A DNA stretch of 64,000 bases from Elusimicrobiota bacterium (GCA_042562855.1 JBHPNE010000001.1:35046-99045); one strand, 5' to 3'; positions 28,903 to 38,904 are shown, numbered from the stretch's first letter. The notes: a model not told the origin generated them from the letters alone. Translations and numbers: made by a program.

Positions 28903-31900
28903 ATGAAATTATTTAAAAACATTAAAACCCGCATCAATAAACTTTTATTATCGCGTAAGGTAAGCGACGAACATCCGCTTAGAGCGGAACTTTTCAACGT
29001 GGATCAGCTTGAACAGCATGCTAAGATGCTTGCGGGCCGCCATGAAGTAACTTCAAAGCGCGTTCCGGAAATGCTTCTCCCCAGATTAAAAAATAATGAA
29101 TACATATTGCTAAAGACCAGGGATTTTTTGGAATCTGCAGGAAAAGCCAAACGCCGCATTTCAATGGCCGGCGAATGGTTGATAGACAATTTTTACCTTA
29201 TTGAAGAGCAGATTCTCTTATCCCAAAGACATCTCCCCAAAGGCTATAGCCAGGAATTACCTCATCTTGTGAAGGGTCCCTTAGCCGGACATCCGAGAGT
29301 ATATGAAATTGCCTCTGAAATTATTGCTCACGGGGACGGCCATATAGATGAAAAGGGCCTCCTTAGTTTTATTAAATCCTACCAGACAATTGCTCCTTTA
29401 AGACTGGGTGAATTATGGGCAATACCAATAATGCTTAGACTTGCTTTAATTGAAAATCTTCGGCGTGTGGCATCTCGTCTAACAATTTCCCAGATAGACA
29501 GAAACAAGGCAGATTATTGGTCAAACCGTATGACAGAAGTTTTTGATAAAGATGCCAACAGTCTTATAGTTGAGATTGCTGCTATGGCCAAAGCCGATCC
29601 TCCAATGTCGAGTACATTTGTTTCTGAATTTGTTAGAAGGCTTCACGGCCTAAGCTCAACATTAACTCTTCCTTTGACCTGGCTTGAGAAAAAACTAGCA
29701 GAAAAAGGACAAACTGTTGACCAAATGCTTCAATTAGCCAGTCAAAGGCAAGCTTCTGATCAGGTATCAATTTCAAACAGTATCGCGTCTTTAAGACTTC
29801 TTGAATCTGCTGATTGGCGGGATTTTGTTGAGGAATTAAGTTTGGTTGAACAAGTTTTGCGCAAAGATCCTTCCGGGGCTTACTCAGGCATGGATTTTGC
29901 TACCAGGGACCGTTATCGTCACGTTATTGAGGCAGTTGCAACACGAAGTAAACTGCAGGAACATGTCGTTGCATCCAAAGTTGTACAAACAGCTCAGAAC
30001 TGCATGAAAGATAATGGATATAACGACAGGGCTTCTCATATAGGGTATCACTTAATAGGGGGAGGATTCCAGAGATTTGCAAAACTTATAAATATTAGGC
30101 TAAAGTTTTCCGAAATTATGCAGACCAAAGGCAACACTCTTTCGGGCATTTTGTATTTCTTACCGATGTTAGTTATTAATTTGTTCGCTACAGCTGTCAT
30201 AATTGTTCAGGGCTATGCGTTCGGCTTGAGAGGGCCTCTTTTGTGGATTGCTGCGGTATTACTCCTTTTTGCAACAAGTCAGCTTGCGGTTTCAATTGTG
30301 AATTGGCTAGTAACAATGCTTATTAAACCGAACGATCTTCCAAAAATGGATTTTTCAAAAGGAATACCACCCCAATTTCATACATTGATTATGATCCCGA
30401 CGATGCTAAATAATGCCAAAGGCGTGGAAGAATTATTGGAAGGATTGGAAGTCAGATACCTTGCAAATAATGACCCGAGTCTTCATTTCGGGCTGCTAAC
30501 AGATTTCATTGATGCAAAACAAGAGAAGATACCTGATGATGAGACATTATTAAATCTTGCCGTTAGCGGAGTTAAGAGATTAAATAAGAAATATGCGAGA
30601 GAAGCTGGTGAAATATTTTTTCTTTTTCACAGACCAAGGCTTTGGAATGAACAGGAAAAGATATGGATGGGCTATGAACGCAAGCGCGGAAAACTTTCGG
30701 ATCTAAATATGTTACTTAGGGGAGGCGGAAAGGAAAAATTTTCCAAAATAGTAGGTGACGTGTCCATACTGCAGGACGTTAAATATGTTATTACGCTTGA
30801 TACGGACACTCAAATGCCAAGAGATGCTGCGCACCAATTAATCGGAACAATAGCACATCCCCTGAACCAGGCTTACTATGATGAAGCATTGCAAAGGGTC
30901 ACAAAAGGTTACGGGATCTTGCAGCCAAGAGTCGATGTAAGCTATCCGGGAAATAAAGTGTCTCACTTTGTAAGAATATTCGGGGGCGAACCGGGTATTG
31001 ATCCTTATACAAGGGCTGCGTCTGATGTATATCAGGATATGTTTAAAGAAGGTTCTTTTATAGGCAAAGGGTTATATGATGTAGATGCTTTTGAGAGATC
31101 TTTAGATAAACGTTTCCCTGAGAATTTAATTTTAAGCCATGATTTGCTGGAAGGTTGTTATGCGCGTTCAGGTTTAATAACAGATGTACAACTGTACGAG
31201 GCTTATCCGTACAGTTATATTAAAGATGTCAGCAGAAGATATCGCTGGATGAGAGGTGATTGGCAGATTATTAAATGGCTTCTATTTAAAGTTCCCGGTT
31301 TTGATTCTAAAGTATACAAAAATCCTATTTCATTAATTTCAAAATGGAAGATTTACGATAATTTGAGACGCAGTATCGTCTCTTTTTCGACATCAATGCT
31401 TTTTATTTTAGGTTGGATTTTATTCAAACCTGCATGGTTTTGGACATTGGTTGTAATGGGTATTGTAGCTTTGCCCATGTTTTTTATGTCTATGGTCCCA
31501 ATAGTGCGAAAACCAAAAGATCTTGAACTGAAATCGCATATTAGTTCAATACTGGGCCTACTGGGTAAACATTTGTTCCAGTTTATGTTCATCATTGGTT
31601 TTGTAATTTATGATGCTTTTTTTAGCCTGAATGCAATCATATCTACGATATGGAGAATGTTCATATCAAAGAGGAGACTTTTGGAATGGAGAACTTCCGG
31701 CGAATCCAGTACTCCAACATCAGCTTTCGGTTTCCTGCGTGTTATGTATATATCCCCATCAATAGCTGCTTCTATTTTATTGTTTTATTATTTCGGGAAA
31801 CTTCAAATAGCTTTAGCTGAACAGACACTTCTTTGTATATGGTTTTTGTCGCCTTTTTTCGCTTGGTGGCTTAGTAAACCAATCTCAACAAAAGATGTTA

Positions 31901-34900
31901 AACTATCCGGCAAGCAAATAATATATTTAAGAAATCTTTCAAGGAAAATATGGAGGTTTTTTGAAACTTTCGTAACAGCTGATGACAATTGGCTGCCGCC
32001 GGATAATTTTCAGGAATCCCCAATTAAAGTAGTTGCCCATCGTACATCTCCAACTAATATGGGCTTGGCCTTGTTATCGAAACTTACCGCACATGATTTT
32101 GGATATATTTCACCCGGAAAACTTGTTAACCGTTTAAAAAAATCCTTAAATAGCATGGGAAAGCTTGATAGATTTAGGGGGCATTTTTACAACTGGTACA
32201 ACACTCAGACGTTAATACCTCAGCAGCCTCTATATGTTTCTACGGTTGACAGCGGAAATTTGGTGGGCCACCTGATTGTTTTGCGAATGGGATTGATAGA
32301 ATTGATTGATAAAAAGATCTTTTCAAAAACTGTCTTTGAAGGAATTTCTGATACACTGCGCTTGCTGTATGATAACACCAATAATATTTTAAAATCAAAA
32401 GAGAAAAATAAAGATATACAAAAAGTAGCAGAAATAATTAATCGGATACAAAACGAGCTAAAAACTGAACCCGAAAGTCTCACACCATTTTATGCGATGC
32501 TGCGCCGTATTACGCTTGACGTACAGGAAATAATCAGAGTTATTCCTTTGAAAGATTCTAATGAACTTCAATGGTGGGCCAAAGCTTTAGAACTGCAGTG
32601 TTATGATTATATTAATGATACGGCATTTATTGCTCCTTGGATAAAAATTTCACAACCACTTTCTGACATATGGACCAGAGGTACTGATGAACAAAAAGAG
32701 GATCTTAATAGACTTAGGGAAAAATTAAAGGAATTGGATTACAACCCTACTTTAAGAGAAATTTCTGTGTTAGAAAATGATCTATTGCCCTTGTTAGATA
32801 AAGTAACAAGCAATATCGATGCGAGCAGTGATACAGAGGCAGAAAGTGAAAAAGACTGGATGATTAATTTAAAAAGTATTGTTAAAAATGCAAGTGATCA
32901 TGCAAATGAAAGAATCATTGAAATTGAAACCATTATAAAGCAGTGTAACGAATTTTCAGATATTGAGTATGATTTCCTATACGATAAAACCTCACACTTG
33001 TTTTATATTGGATACAACGTAAATCAAAGAAAAACAGATGCAAGCTGTTATGATCTCCTAGCTTCAGAGGCAAGATTATGCAGTTTTATAGCGATTGCGC
33101 AAGGTAAAATACCTCAAGAACATTGGTTTTCTTTAGGCAGGCTTCTTACAAAGACTGCCGGAGACCCCGTATTAATATCCTGGGGCGGATCCATGTTTGA
33201 ATATCTTATGCCTCTTTTGGTTATGCCGAATTATGAGAATACTCTCTTAGACAGAACTTATAAAGCGGTAATTAAAACCCAAAAAGAATATGGAAAAAAA
33301 AGAAATGTCCCCTGGGGAGTATCTGAATCAGGGTACAACATAATTGATGCAAGCATGAATTATCAATACCGTAGTTTTGGTATTCCCGAAATAGGATTCA
33401 AGCGCGGATTATTTGAAGACATTGTAATCGCTCCCTATGCTTCGATGATGGGCCTAATGGTGAGTCCGGAAGAGTCTTGCGAGAATTTGGAAGTAATGTC
33501 AGACAAAGGTTTTGAAGGGATATATGGTTTTTATGAAGCTATAGACTTTACGCCTTCAAGAGTGTCATCCGACGAATCATATTCGATAGTCGAATCGTTT
33601 ATGGCGCATCACCAAGGCATGAGCTTTCTCTCGCTGTCTTATCTATTATTAAATCAGCCTATGCAAAAACGTTTTTTAATGGACCCAATGTGCAAGGCTA
33701 CTGAGCTTCTTCTTCAAGAACGTGTTCCAAAAACTGTTCCCTATCTTTATGATACAGAAGTCACGGGGATTTTGCGAAGTGTAGAGGAAAAAGAAACACT
33801 TATGCGTGTTTTTTCAAATCCTAATACAGCCGCACCCGAAGTACATCTTTTAACTAACGGTCAATACAATGTGATGGTTACAAACTCAGGGGCAGGATAC
33901 AGTAAGTGGAAAAACTTTTCAGTTTCAAGATGGCACGAAGATTCAGTGCAGGACAAGTGGGGCAATTTTACTTATGTGAGAGACGTCGAAAGCGGTGAAT
34001 TTTGGTCCACAGCTTTCCAACCTACACAAACAAAGTCGAAATATTATGAAGCTATTTTTTCACAATCTAAAGCAGAATTAAGAAGAAAGGATCATGAAAT
34101 AGAGACGTATACAGAAATAGTAGTTTCTCCCGAAGATGATATTGAGATTAGGCGTACCACCGTTGTGAATCAATCACGCACCAGACGTGTTATTGAATTT
34201 ACAAGTTATGCGGAAGTTGTAATTGCTTCTCAGTCAGAAGACGATTCTCATAAATCATTCAGCAGTCTTTTTATCCAAACACAAATAGATTTTTCAAAAC
34301 AAGCAATAATATGCAATCGCCGGCCAAGATCAGAGAACGAAAAGATGCCCTGGATGCTGCATTTAATGGCGGTTCACGGAGAAACAACCGAAGGTGCAAC
34401 ATACGAAACAGACAGGGCAAAATTCATCGGACGCGGCAAAAGCCTAGTAAGACCTTTTGCTATGACTGATTCTGACAAGCTTAGCAATAGCGAAGGCTCA
34501 GTTTTAGATCCTATTGTCTCTATACGCTGCCGTGTAATTCTTGAGCCGGATGAATCAGCAACCATAGACTATATAACCGGCGTGAGTGAAACAAAGCAAA
34601 TGGCCAGTTATCTGATAGACAAATATCGCGATAAGAATTTAGCGGACAGAGTTTTTGATTTAGCATGGACGCAGGCGCAGATAAAGCTCCAGCAGATTAA
34701 TGCAACGGAATCTGATGCACAGTTATACGGCCGCTTGGCCAGCTCTTTAATATACATAAATGCGTCTTGGCGAGCAAATGCGAATATCTTAAAGCAAAAT
34801 ACGAGAGGCCAATCTGACCTTTGGGGGTATAGCATTTCCGGCGATATACCAATTGTGCTACTTAGGATAGAAGACCAGGCAAATATGGATATTCTAAGAC

Positions 34901-37662
34901 ACATCGTTCAGGCGCATGAATATTGGCGAATGAAAGGGCTTATGGTTGATCTTTTGATATGGAATGAGGATCATTCTGTGTATAGAGATCTCCTTAATGA
35001 TCAAATAGTTGGCTTGGTTACAGCAGGGATTGAATCTCAAACACTAAACAAGCCCGGCGGGATTTTTATACGACGGGCAGATCAGATGTCCAATGAGGAT
35101 AAGATACTCATGCAGACAGTTGCACGCATCGTTATTACTGACAGAGGAGGATCCTTAGAAGAGCAGTTAGAACGCAGAGGTCATTCAAAGCTGAATGTTT
35201 TGCCTTTCACTCCTACAAAAAGACAAGAAAAAGAAAAAGTTATTAATATTGAACCTAACAGAAAAGACTTGCTTTATTTTAATGGGTTTGGCGGGTTTTC
35301 AAAAAATGGCCGAGAATATGTAATTATAACCTCAAAAGATAGAGCTACACCTGCTCCATGGTCAAATGTTTTAGCTAATCCAAATTTTGGTACGGTAGTA
35401 TCGGAAAGTGGAGGAGCTTACACGTGGAGCGAAAATGCTCATGAATTCAGAATTACCCCATGGAAAAATGATTCCGTTACGGATTCAAGCGGTGAAGCAA
35501 TGTATGTTCGTGATGAGGAAACGGGAGATTATTGGTCTCCCACGCCCTTGCCAGCCCGCGGAAAAACGCCATACGTAAGTCGTCATGGGTTCGGTTACAG
35601 TATTTTTGAACACGCGCAAGAAGGAATAGAAACGGAATTAACGGTATATACTGCACTAGAGTCTCCTGTTAAGTTTGGAGTCTTAAGGATAAAAAATCGG
35701 TCTGGAAGAAAAAGAAAACTTTCGGCAACAGGTTATTACGAATTAATACTGGGCGACTTAAGGCAAAAAACACATATGCACATTGTTACAGAGCTTGACC
35801 CTAAAAGCGGAGCTCTCATTGCGTACAATCCTTATAACAAGGAATTCCACGGACGAGTGGCATTTCTGGATGTTAATGATAGTACAAGGAGCGTCAGCGG
35901 CGACAAAAAAGAATTTATTGGAAGAAACAGAACGCTTGCCAATCCTGAAATTATGCTGAGGGAACGTTTGTCAGGAAAAGTCGGAGCCGGTTCTGAGGCT
36001 TGTGCGGCAATGCAGGTTAAGTTTGACCTAATTGACAACGACGAAAGAGAGATAATATTTACTTTAGGCGCAGGCAAAAGTATAGATGAGGCAAAAAGCA
36101 TTATTCATAAATTTAAAGGTGCTGTTTCAGTACATAAAGAATTAGATAAAGTAATACATTATTGGGAACGTAGTCTTGGGGTATTACAGGTTGATACTCC
36201 TGACAAATCTGTGAATATTTTAGCAAATGGATGGCTGCAGTATCAGGCGTTAGCATGTCGTATTTGGGCAAGAAGCGGATACTATCAGTCCGGAGGCGCT
36301 TTTGGTTTTCGTGATCAACTACAGGATGCAATGTCTCTTGTTTATTCCGATCCCGGTATTTTAAAAAATATTTTAATAGATTTTGCACAACATCAATTTA
36401 TAGAAGGAGATGTGCAGCATTGGTGGCATCCGCCATCGGGAAGAGGGGTAAGAACCCATTGTTCTGACGATTATCTGTGGCTGGTTTTTGCTGCGTGTCA
36501 CTATGTAAAAACCTCAGGGGACAAAGGAATCTTAAATGAAATAATACCCTTTATTGAAGGACCGTTAGTTAAACCTGATACTGAATCCTATTTTGATATT
36601 CCTAAAAAATCCAGTGAAACGGGCACGCTTTATGAACATTGTGTTTTGGCAATTGAGCGGGCCTTAAAATTTGGTGAGCATGGATTGCCTCTTATGGGTC
36701 ATGGGGATTGGAATGACGGGATGAACCTTGTAGGTGCAAAAGGAAAGGGAGAAAGTGTTTGGCTTGCATTTTTCCTTTATAGTGTACTTATATCGTTTTC
36801 TGAAATATCTGAAATGCATGGTGATAAAGAGTTTTCGAAAACATGCTTAAATAAAGCAGAAAATTTGAAAGAAAATATTGAAAAAAATGCATGGGACGGC
36901 CAGTGGTATAAACGTGCGTATTTTGATAATGGTGATCCTTTGGGGTCTGCTTCAAATATGGAATGTCAGATTGACTCAATTCCTCAAAGCTGGTCAATAA
37001 TATCAAAAGCTGGAGATTTGCAACGGTCCAAACAAGCTATGGATTCAGTTGACAACCGTCTAGTTGATAGAAAAAATTCCTTAATCAAACTTTTCGACCC
37101 GGCATTTGATAAATCTGACCTTAACCCAGGCTATATTAAGGGCTATGTGCCGGGGGTTAGGGAAAATGGCGGACAGTATACTCATGCGGCTGTATGGGCT
37201 GTTATGGCTTTTGCTATTCTTGGTGATAGTGAAAAAGCGAGTGAACTACTATCTCTAATAAATCCAATAAACCATTCAACTGATGAAAACGGAATTAACA
37301 AATATAGAGTAGAACCATATGTTATGGCGGGGGATGTTTATGCTGTTTCGCCTAACGAAGGGCGGGGCGGTTGGACATGGTACAGTGGTTCTGCAGGATG
37401 GATGTATCAGTTGATAATCATGTACTTGTTAGGTATAAAAATAAGCGCAAATAAGCTGTATTTTGAGCCTTGCATTTCAAAAGACTGGAAATCTTATAAA
37501 ATACACTACAAATACAAAAATACTCTATACAATATTACAGTGACCAAAAATGCTAGTAATAAAAAAGATCACGTAGTTTTGGACGGTCACGCTCAGGATG
37601 AATCGTTTCTTACGCTAGTTAACGATAACAAAGAGCACACAGTTCAGATAAAGCTTATTTAA
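28903..37662 (+). CDS. cgs: Cyclic beta-1,2-glucan synthase (Cgs/ChvB/NdvB-like: GT84 domain plus GH94 phosphorylase-like domain)
   Basis: 2919 aa uninterrupted. There is an N-terminal TM region. The GT motifs are ITLDTDTQMPRD (DxD), SHDLLEG and RRYRWMRGDWQ. A second TM block follows. The C-terminal GH94-like region carries GHGDWNDGMN and ENGGQYTHAA. Confidence 0.85.
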   Translation: MKLFKNIKTRINKLLLSRKVSDEHPLRAELFNVDQLEQHAKMLAGRHEVTSKRVPEMLLPRLKNNEYILLKTRDFLESAGKAKRRISMAGEWLIDNFYLIEEQILLSQRHLPKGYSQELPHLVKGPLAGHPRVYEIASEIIAHGDGHIDEKGLLSFIKSYQTIAPLRLGELWAIPIMLRLALIENLRRVASRLTISQIDRNKADYWSNRMTEVFDKDANSLIVEIAAMAKADPPMSSTFVSEFVRRLHGLSSTLTLPLTWLEKKLAEKGQTVDQMLQLASQRQASDQVSISNSIASLRLLESADWRDFVEELSLVEQVLRKDPSGAYSGMDFATRDRYRHVIEAVATRSKLQEHVVASKVVQTAQNCMKDNGYNDRASHIGYHLIGGGFQRFAKLINIRLKFSEIMQTKGNTLSGILYFLPMLVINLFATAVIIVQGYAFGLRGPLLWIAAVLLLFATSQLAVSIVNWLVTMLIKPNDLPKMDFSKGIPPQFHTLIMIPTMLNNAKGVEELLEGLEVRYLANNDPSLHFGLLTDFIDAKQEKIPDDETLLNLAVSGVKRLNKKYAREAGEIFFLFHRPRLWNEQEKIWMGYERKRGKLSDLNMLLRGGGKEKFSKIVGDVSILQDVKYVITLDTDTQMPRDAAHQLIGTIAHPLNQAYYDEALQRVTKGYGILQPRVDVSYPGNKVSHFVRIFGGEPGIDPYTRAASDVYQDMFKEGSFIGKGLYDVDAFERSLDKRFPENLILSHDLLEGCYARSGLITDVQLYEAYPYSYIKDVSRRYRWMRGDWQIIKWLLFKVPGFDSKVYKNPISLISKWKIYDNLRRSIVSFSTSMLFILGWILFKPAWFWTLVVMGIVALPMFFMSMVPIVRKPKDLELKSHISSILGLLGKHLFQFMFIIGFVIYDAFFSLNAIISTIWRMFISKRRLLEWRTSGESSTPTSAFGFLRVMYISPSIAASILLFYYFGKLQIALAEQTLLCIWFLSPFFAWWLSKPISTKDVKLSGKQIIYLRNLSRKIWRFFETFVTADDNWLPPDNFQESPIKVVAHRTSPTNMGLALLSKLTAHDFGYISPGKLVNRLKKSLNSMGKLDRFRGHFYNWYNTQTLIPQQPLYVSTVDSGNLVGHLIVLRMGLIELIDKKIFSKTVFEGISDTLRLLYDNTNNILKSKEKNKDIQKVAEIINRIQNELKTEPESLTPFYAMLRRITLDVQEIIRVIPLKDSNELQWWAKALELQCYDYINDTAFIAPWIKISQPLSDIWTRGTDEQKEDLNRLREKLKELDYNPTLREISVLENDLLPLLDKVTSNIDASSDTEAESEKDWMINLKSIVKNASDHANERIIEIETIIKQCNEFSDIEYDFLYDKTSHLFYIGYNVNQRKTDASCYDLLASEARLCSFIAIAQGKIPQEHWFSLGRLLTKTAGDPVLISWGGSMFEYLMPLLVMPNYENTLLDRTYKAVIKTQKEYGKKRNVPWGVSESGYNIIDASMNYQYRSFGIPEIGFKRGLFEDIVIAPYASMMGLMVSPEESCENLEVMSDKGFEGIYGFYEAIDFTPSRVSSDESYSIVESFMAHHQGMSFLSLSYLLLNQPMQKRFLMDPMCKATELLLQERVPKTVPYLYDTEVTGILRSVEEKETLMRVFSNPNTAAPEVHLLTNGQYNVMVTNSGAGYSKWKNFSVSRWHEDSVQDKWGNFTYVRDVESGEFWSTAFQPTQTKSKYYEAIFSQSKAELRRKDHEIETYTEIVVSPEDDIEIRRTTVVNQSRTRRVIEFTSYAEVVIASQSEDDSHKSFSSLFIQTQIDFSKQAIICNRRPRSENEKMPWMLHLMAVHGETTEGATYETDRAKFIGRGKSLVRPFAMTDSDKLSNSEGSVLDPIVSIRCRVILEPDESATIDYITGVSETKQMASYLIDKYRDKNLADRVFDLAWTQAQIKLQQINATESDAQLYGRLASSLIYINASWRANANILKQNTRGQSDLWGYSISGDIPIVLLRIEDQANMDILRHIVQAHEYWRMKGLMVDLLIWNEDHSVYRDLLNDQIVGLVTAGIESQTLNKPGGIFIRRADQMSNEDKILMQTVARIVITDRGGSLEEQLERRGHSKLNVLPFTPTKRQEKEKVINIEPNRKDLLYFNGFGGFSKNGREYVIITSKDRATPAPWSNVLANPNFGTVVSESGGAYTWSENAHEFRITPWKNDSVTDSSGEAMYVRDEETGDYWSPTPLPARGKTPYVSRHGFGYSIFEHAQEGIETELTVYTALESPVKFGVLRIKNRSGRKRKLSATGYYELILGDLRQKTHMHIVTELDPKSGALIAYNPYNKEFHGRVAFLDVNDSTRSVSGDKKEFIGRNRTLANPEIMLRERLSGKVGAGSEACAAMQVKFDLIDNDEREIIFTLGAGKSIDEAKSIIHKFKGAVSVHKELDKVIHYWERSLGVLQVDTPDKSVNILANGWLQYQALACRIWARSGYYQSGGAFGFRDQLQDAMSLVYSDPGILKNILIDFAQHQFIEGDVQHWWHPPSGRGVRTHCSDDYLWLVFAACHYVKTSGDKGILNEIIPFIEGPLVKPDTESYFDIPKKSSETGTLYEHCVLAIERALKFGEHGLPLMGHGDWNDGMNLVGAKGKGESVWLAFFLYSVLISFSEISEMHGDKEFSKTCLNKAENLKENIEKNAWDGQWYKRAYFDNGDPLGSASNMECQIDSIPQSWSIISKAGDLQRSKQAMDSVDNRLVDRKNSLIKLFDPAFDKSDLNPGYIKGYVPGVRENGGQYTHAAVWAVMAFAILGDSEKASELLSLINPINHSTDENGINKYRVEPYVMAGDVYAVSPNEGRGGWTWYSGSAGWMYQLIIMYLLGIKISANKLYFEPCISKDWKSYKIHYKYKNTLYNITVTKNASNKKDHVVLDGHAQDESFLTLVNDNKEHTVQIKLI

Positions 37663-37900
37663 ACCGATTGAGAGGGGCACTAAGCCTAAGACGGAAAAGT
37701 AGAATCTGCCTGTAAAATCAAATCAATTTGACTTTAACCTATCTTAACCAATTTAAACCTATTTGAACCTCATATGGACACTTTTTGGACACCCCAGCCG
37801 TCGTCCTGTTTTAACATCCTTATAGTCATACCCCATAAGAATATGGGAGTTTCTTACCCTACCATGCTGTTTACTATTTCGGAACTTTTGCCAATTGGAG

Positions 37901-37929
37901 TTGACAAAAAATATTGTTTATGATAGACT
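37901..37929 (+). promoter_or_regulatory. Sigma70-type promoter inside module A
   Basis: Perfect -35 TTGACA (37901-37906), 17-nt spacer, TAGACT (37924-37929). The CCAATTGG palindrome ends 2 bp upstream of the -35. Confidence 0.5.
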
Positions 37930-37939
37930 TCTAACTAGA

Positions 37940-37984
37940 AGGACAAAGAGGTCCTCAAATCGCTGACGATTTGGGGACTTTTTT
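37940..37984 (+). terminator. Leader terminator with a competing upstream hairpin (attenuator candidate), module A
   Basis: The terminator is GTCCTCAAATCG-CTGA-CGATTTGGGGAC (12-bp stem, one G-U pair) followed by TTTTTT. The alternative hairpin AGGAC-AAAGAG-GTCCT uses the first 5 nt of the terminator stem. Confidence 0.6.
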
Positions 37985-38175
37985 ATTGTAAGTCTTGGCA
38001 AAGAAGCTTAGAAAGTTTTAAGACATGGAAGTCTTTGGTTCTAAAGTAAATTTAGAGCTGAGGGCTTTTTTTATTGGTCTTAAACACCAACGGTGGTAGC
38101 AAAGTATTTTAAAATTTTAAAGGAGAATGTCTCCCAAGGGACAAATCTCATCAAAAACACTCAAAGGAGATTTAG

Positions 38176-38904
38176 ATGAAAAAAAGAATTATGACATTAG
38201 TATTGATGTTAGTTTTTACAACAAGTCAGTTTGTTTATGCAAGTCCTTTGTTTTCCGGTTCTGAGGTGTCGGTTTCTGGGACATTGGACTATTTCTCTTC
38301 TTACATGTGGAGAGGTCAGACATTGGATACAGATCTGGTAGTGCAGCCGGGTTTTACAGTAGGTTGTAAAGATTTTAGTTTTGGATTTTGGAGCAGTATG
38401 CCGGTTTCCGACAAAGATTCTTCCGGTGCATCAAATGAAGTAGATATTACTGTTTCATACAGTAGGGATTTTGGAAAAGTCGGTATTTCACTCGGATATG
38501 TTTCCTATGAATTTCCTTCTACAGTTTTTTCCGGAACGGATGAGGTGTTTGCAGGATTTTCCTTAAATGAACTTCCCATATCTTTCGGAGTCACTTATTA
38601 TAATGACTACGATGACGCTGACGGATTAAAAGGTAGTTATACAGTAGTAGATTTGGGAAAAGATATTGGCAAGATTACAGAACTTCCAATAAGCGTGTCT
38701 TTGAGCATGGGCACGTATAGCGATTACGGAACATTCATGAACGGATCTGTAATTACAGTTGGATTAGGTTCGGAAGTAGAAATTTCCGAAAAAGTAACAA
38801 TGTCTCCATCGATCTATTATGTGTACACGTCAGGAGATTTATCAGAAGATTCTATCGGTAATCAGAAAGGTGGAGTATATGGCGGATTTAGTTTGGGATT
38901 CTAA
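38176..38904 (+). CDS. TorF/Gcw_chp-like outer membrane porin (family often found upstream of amtB)
   Basis: Signal peptide. SSYMWRGQTLD motif and beta-strand periodicity. The C-terminus ends in Phe (GFSLGF). Confidence 0.65.
   Translation: MKKRIMTLVLMLVFTTSQFVYASPLFSGSEVSVSGTLDYFSSYMWRGQTLDTDLVVQPGFTVGCKDFSFGFWSSMPVSDKDSSGASNEVDITVSYSRDFGKVGISLGYVSYEFPSTVFSGTDEVFAGFSLNELPISFGVTYYNDYDDADGLKGSYTVVDLGKDIGKITELPISVSLSMGTYSDYGTFMNGSVITVGLGSEVEISEKVTMSPSIYYVYTSGDLSEDSIGNQKGGVYGGFSLGF

Larger units (their letters stand above)
37744..38073 (+). repeat. Copy A of a ~330-bp duplicated intergenic module (paralog at 40500-40832)
   Basis: 37772-37925 is identical to 40528-40681, and 37937-37987 is identical to 40693-40743 (offset 2756). 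The flanks have partial similarity. Confidence 0.9.

Noticed and set aside
37881-37896. A possible sigma54 (-24/-12) promoter at GGAACTTTTGCC within the nitrogen module.
   Set aside because: The GG-to-GC spacing is 9 nt, not the ~12 nt of TGGCAC-N5-TTGC. A canonical sigma70 -35/-10 pair lies immediately downstream.
37774-37923. A 49-aa ORF (MDTFWTPQPSSCFNILIVIPHKNMGVSYPTM...) inside the identical block. It is present in both module copies.
   Set aside because: There is no convincing RBS in copy A, and the ORF runs through the predicted promoter. It has no recognisable fold or motif. Its conservation is simply the 100% DNA identity, so it carries no independent coding signal.
37744-38073. The duplicated module as a MITE or IS fragment.
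   Set aside because: I could find no terminal inverted repeats or target-site duplication at either copy's borders, and there is no transposase remnant. Both copies have the same orientation and the same position relative to downstream genes.
38127-38262. A ~44-codon upstream ORF starting at ATG 38127, overlapping the porin start out of frame.
   Set aside because: The apparent Shine-Dalgarno sequence AAGGAG ends 1 nt before the ATG, which is too close. The AGGAGA more plausibly pairs with the TCTCC just downstream. The peptide is low-complexity.
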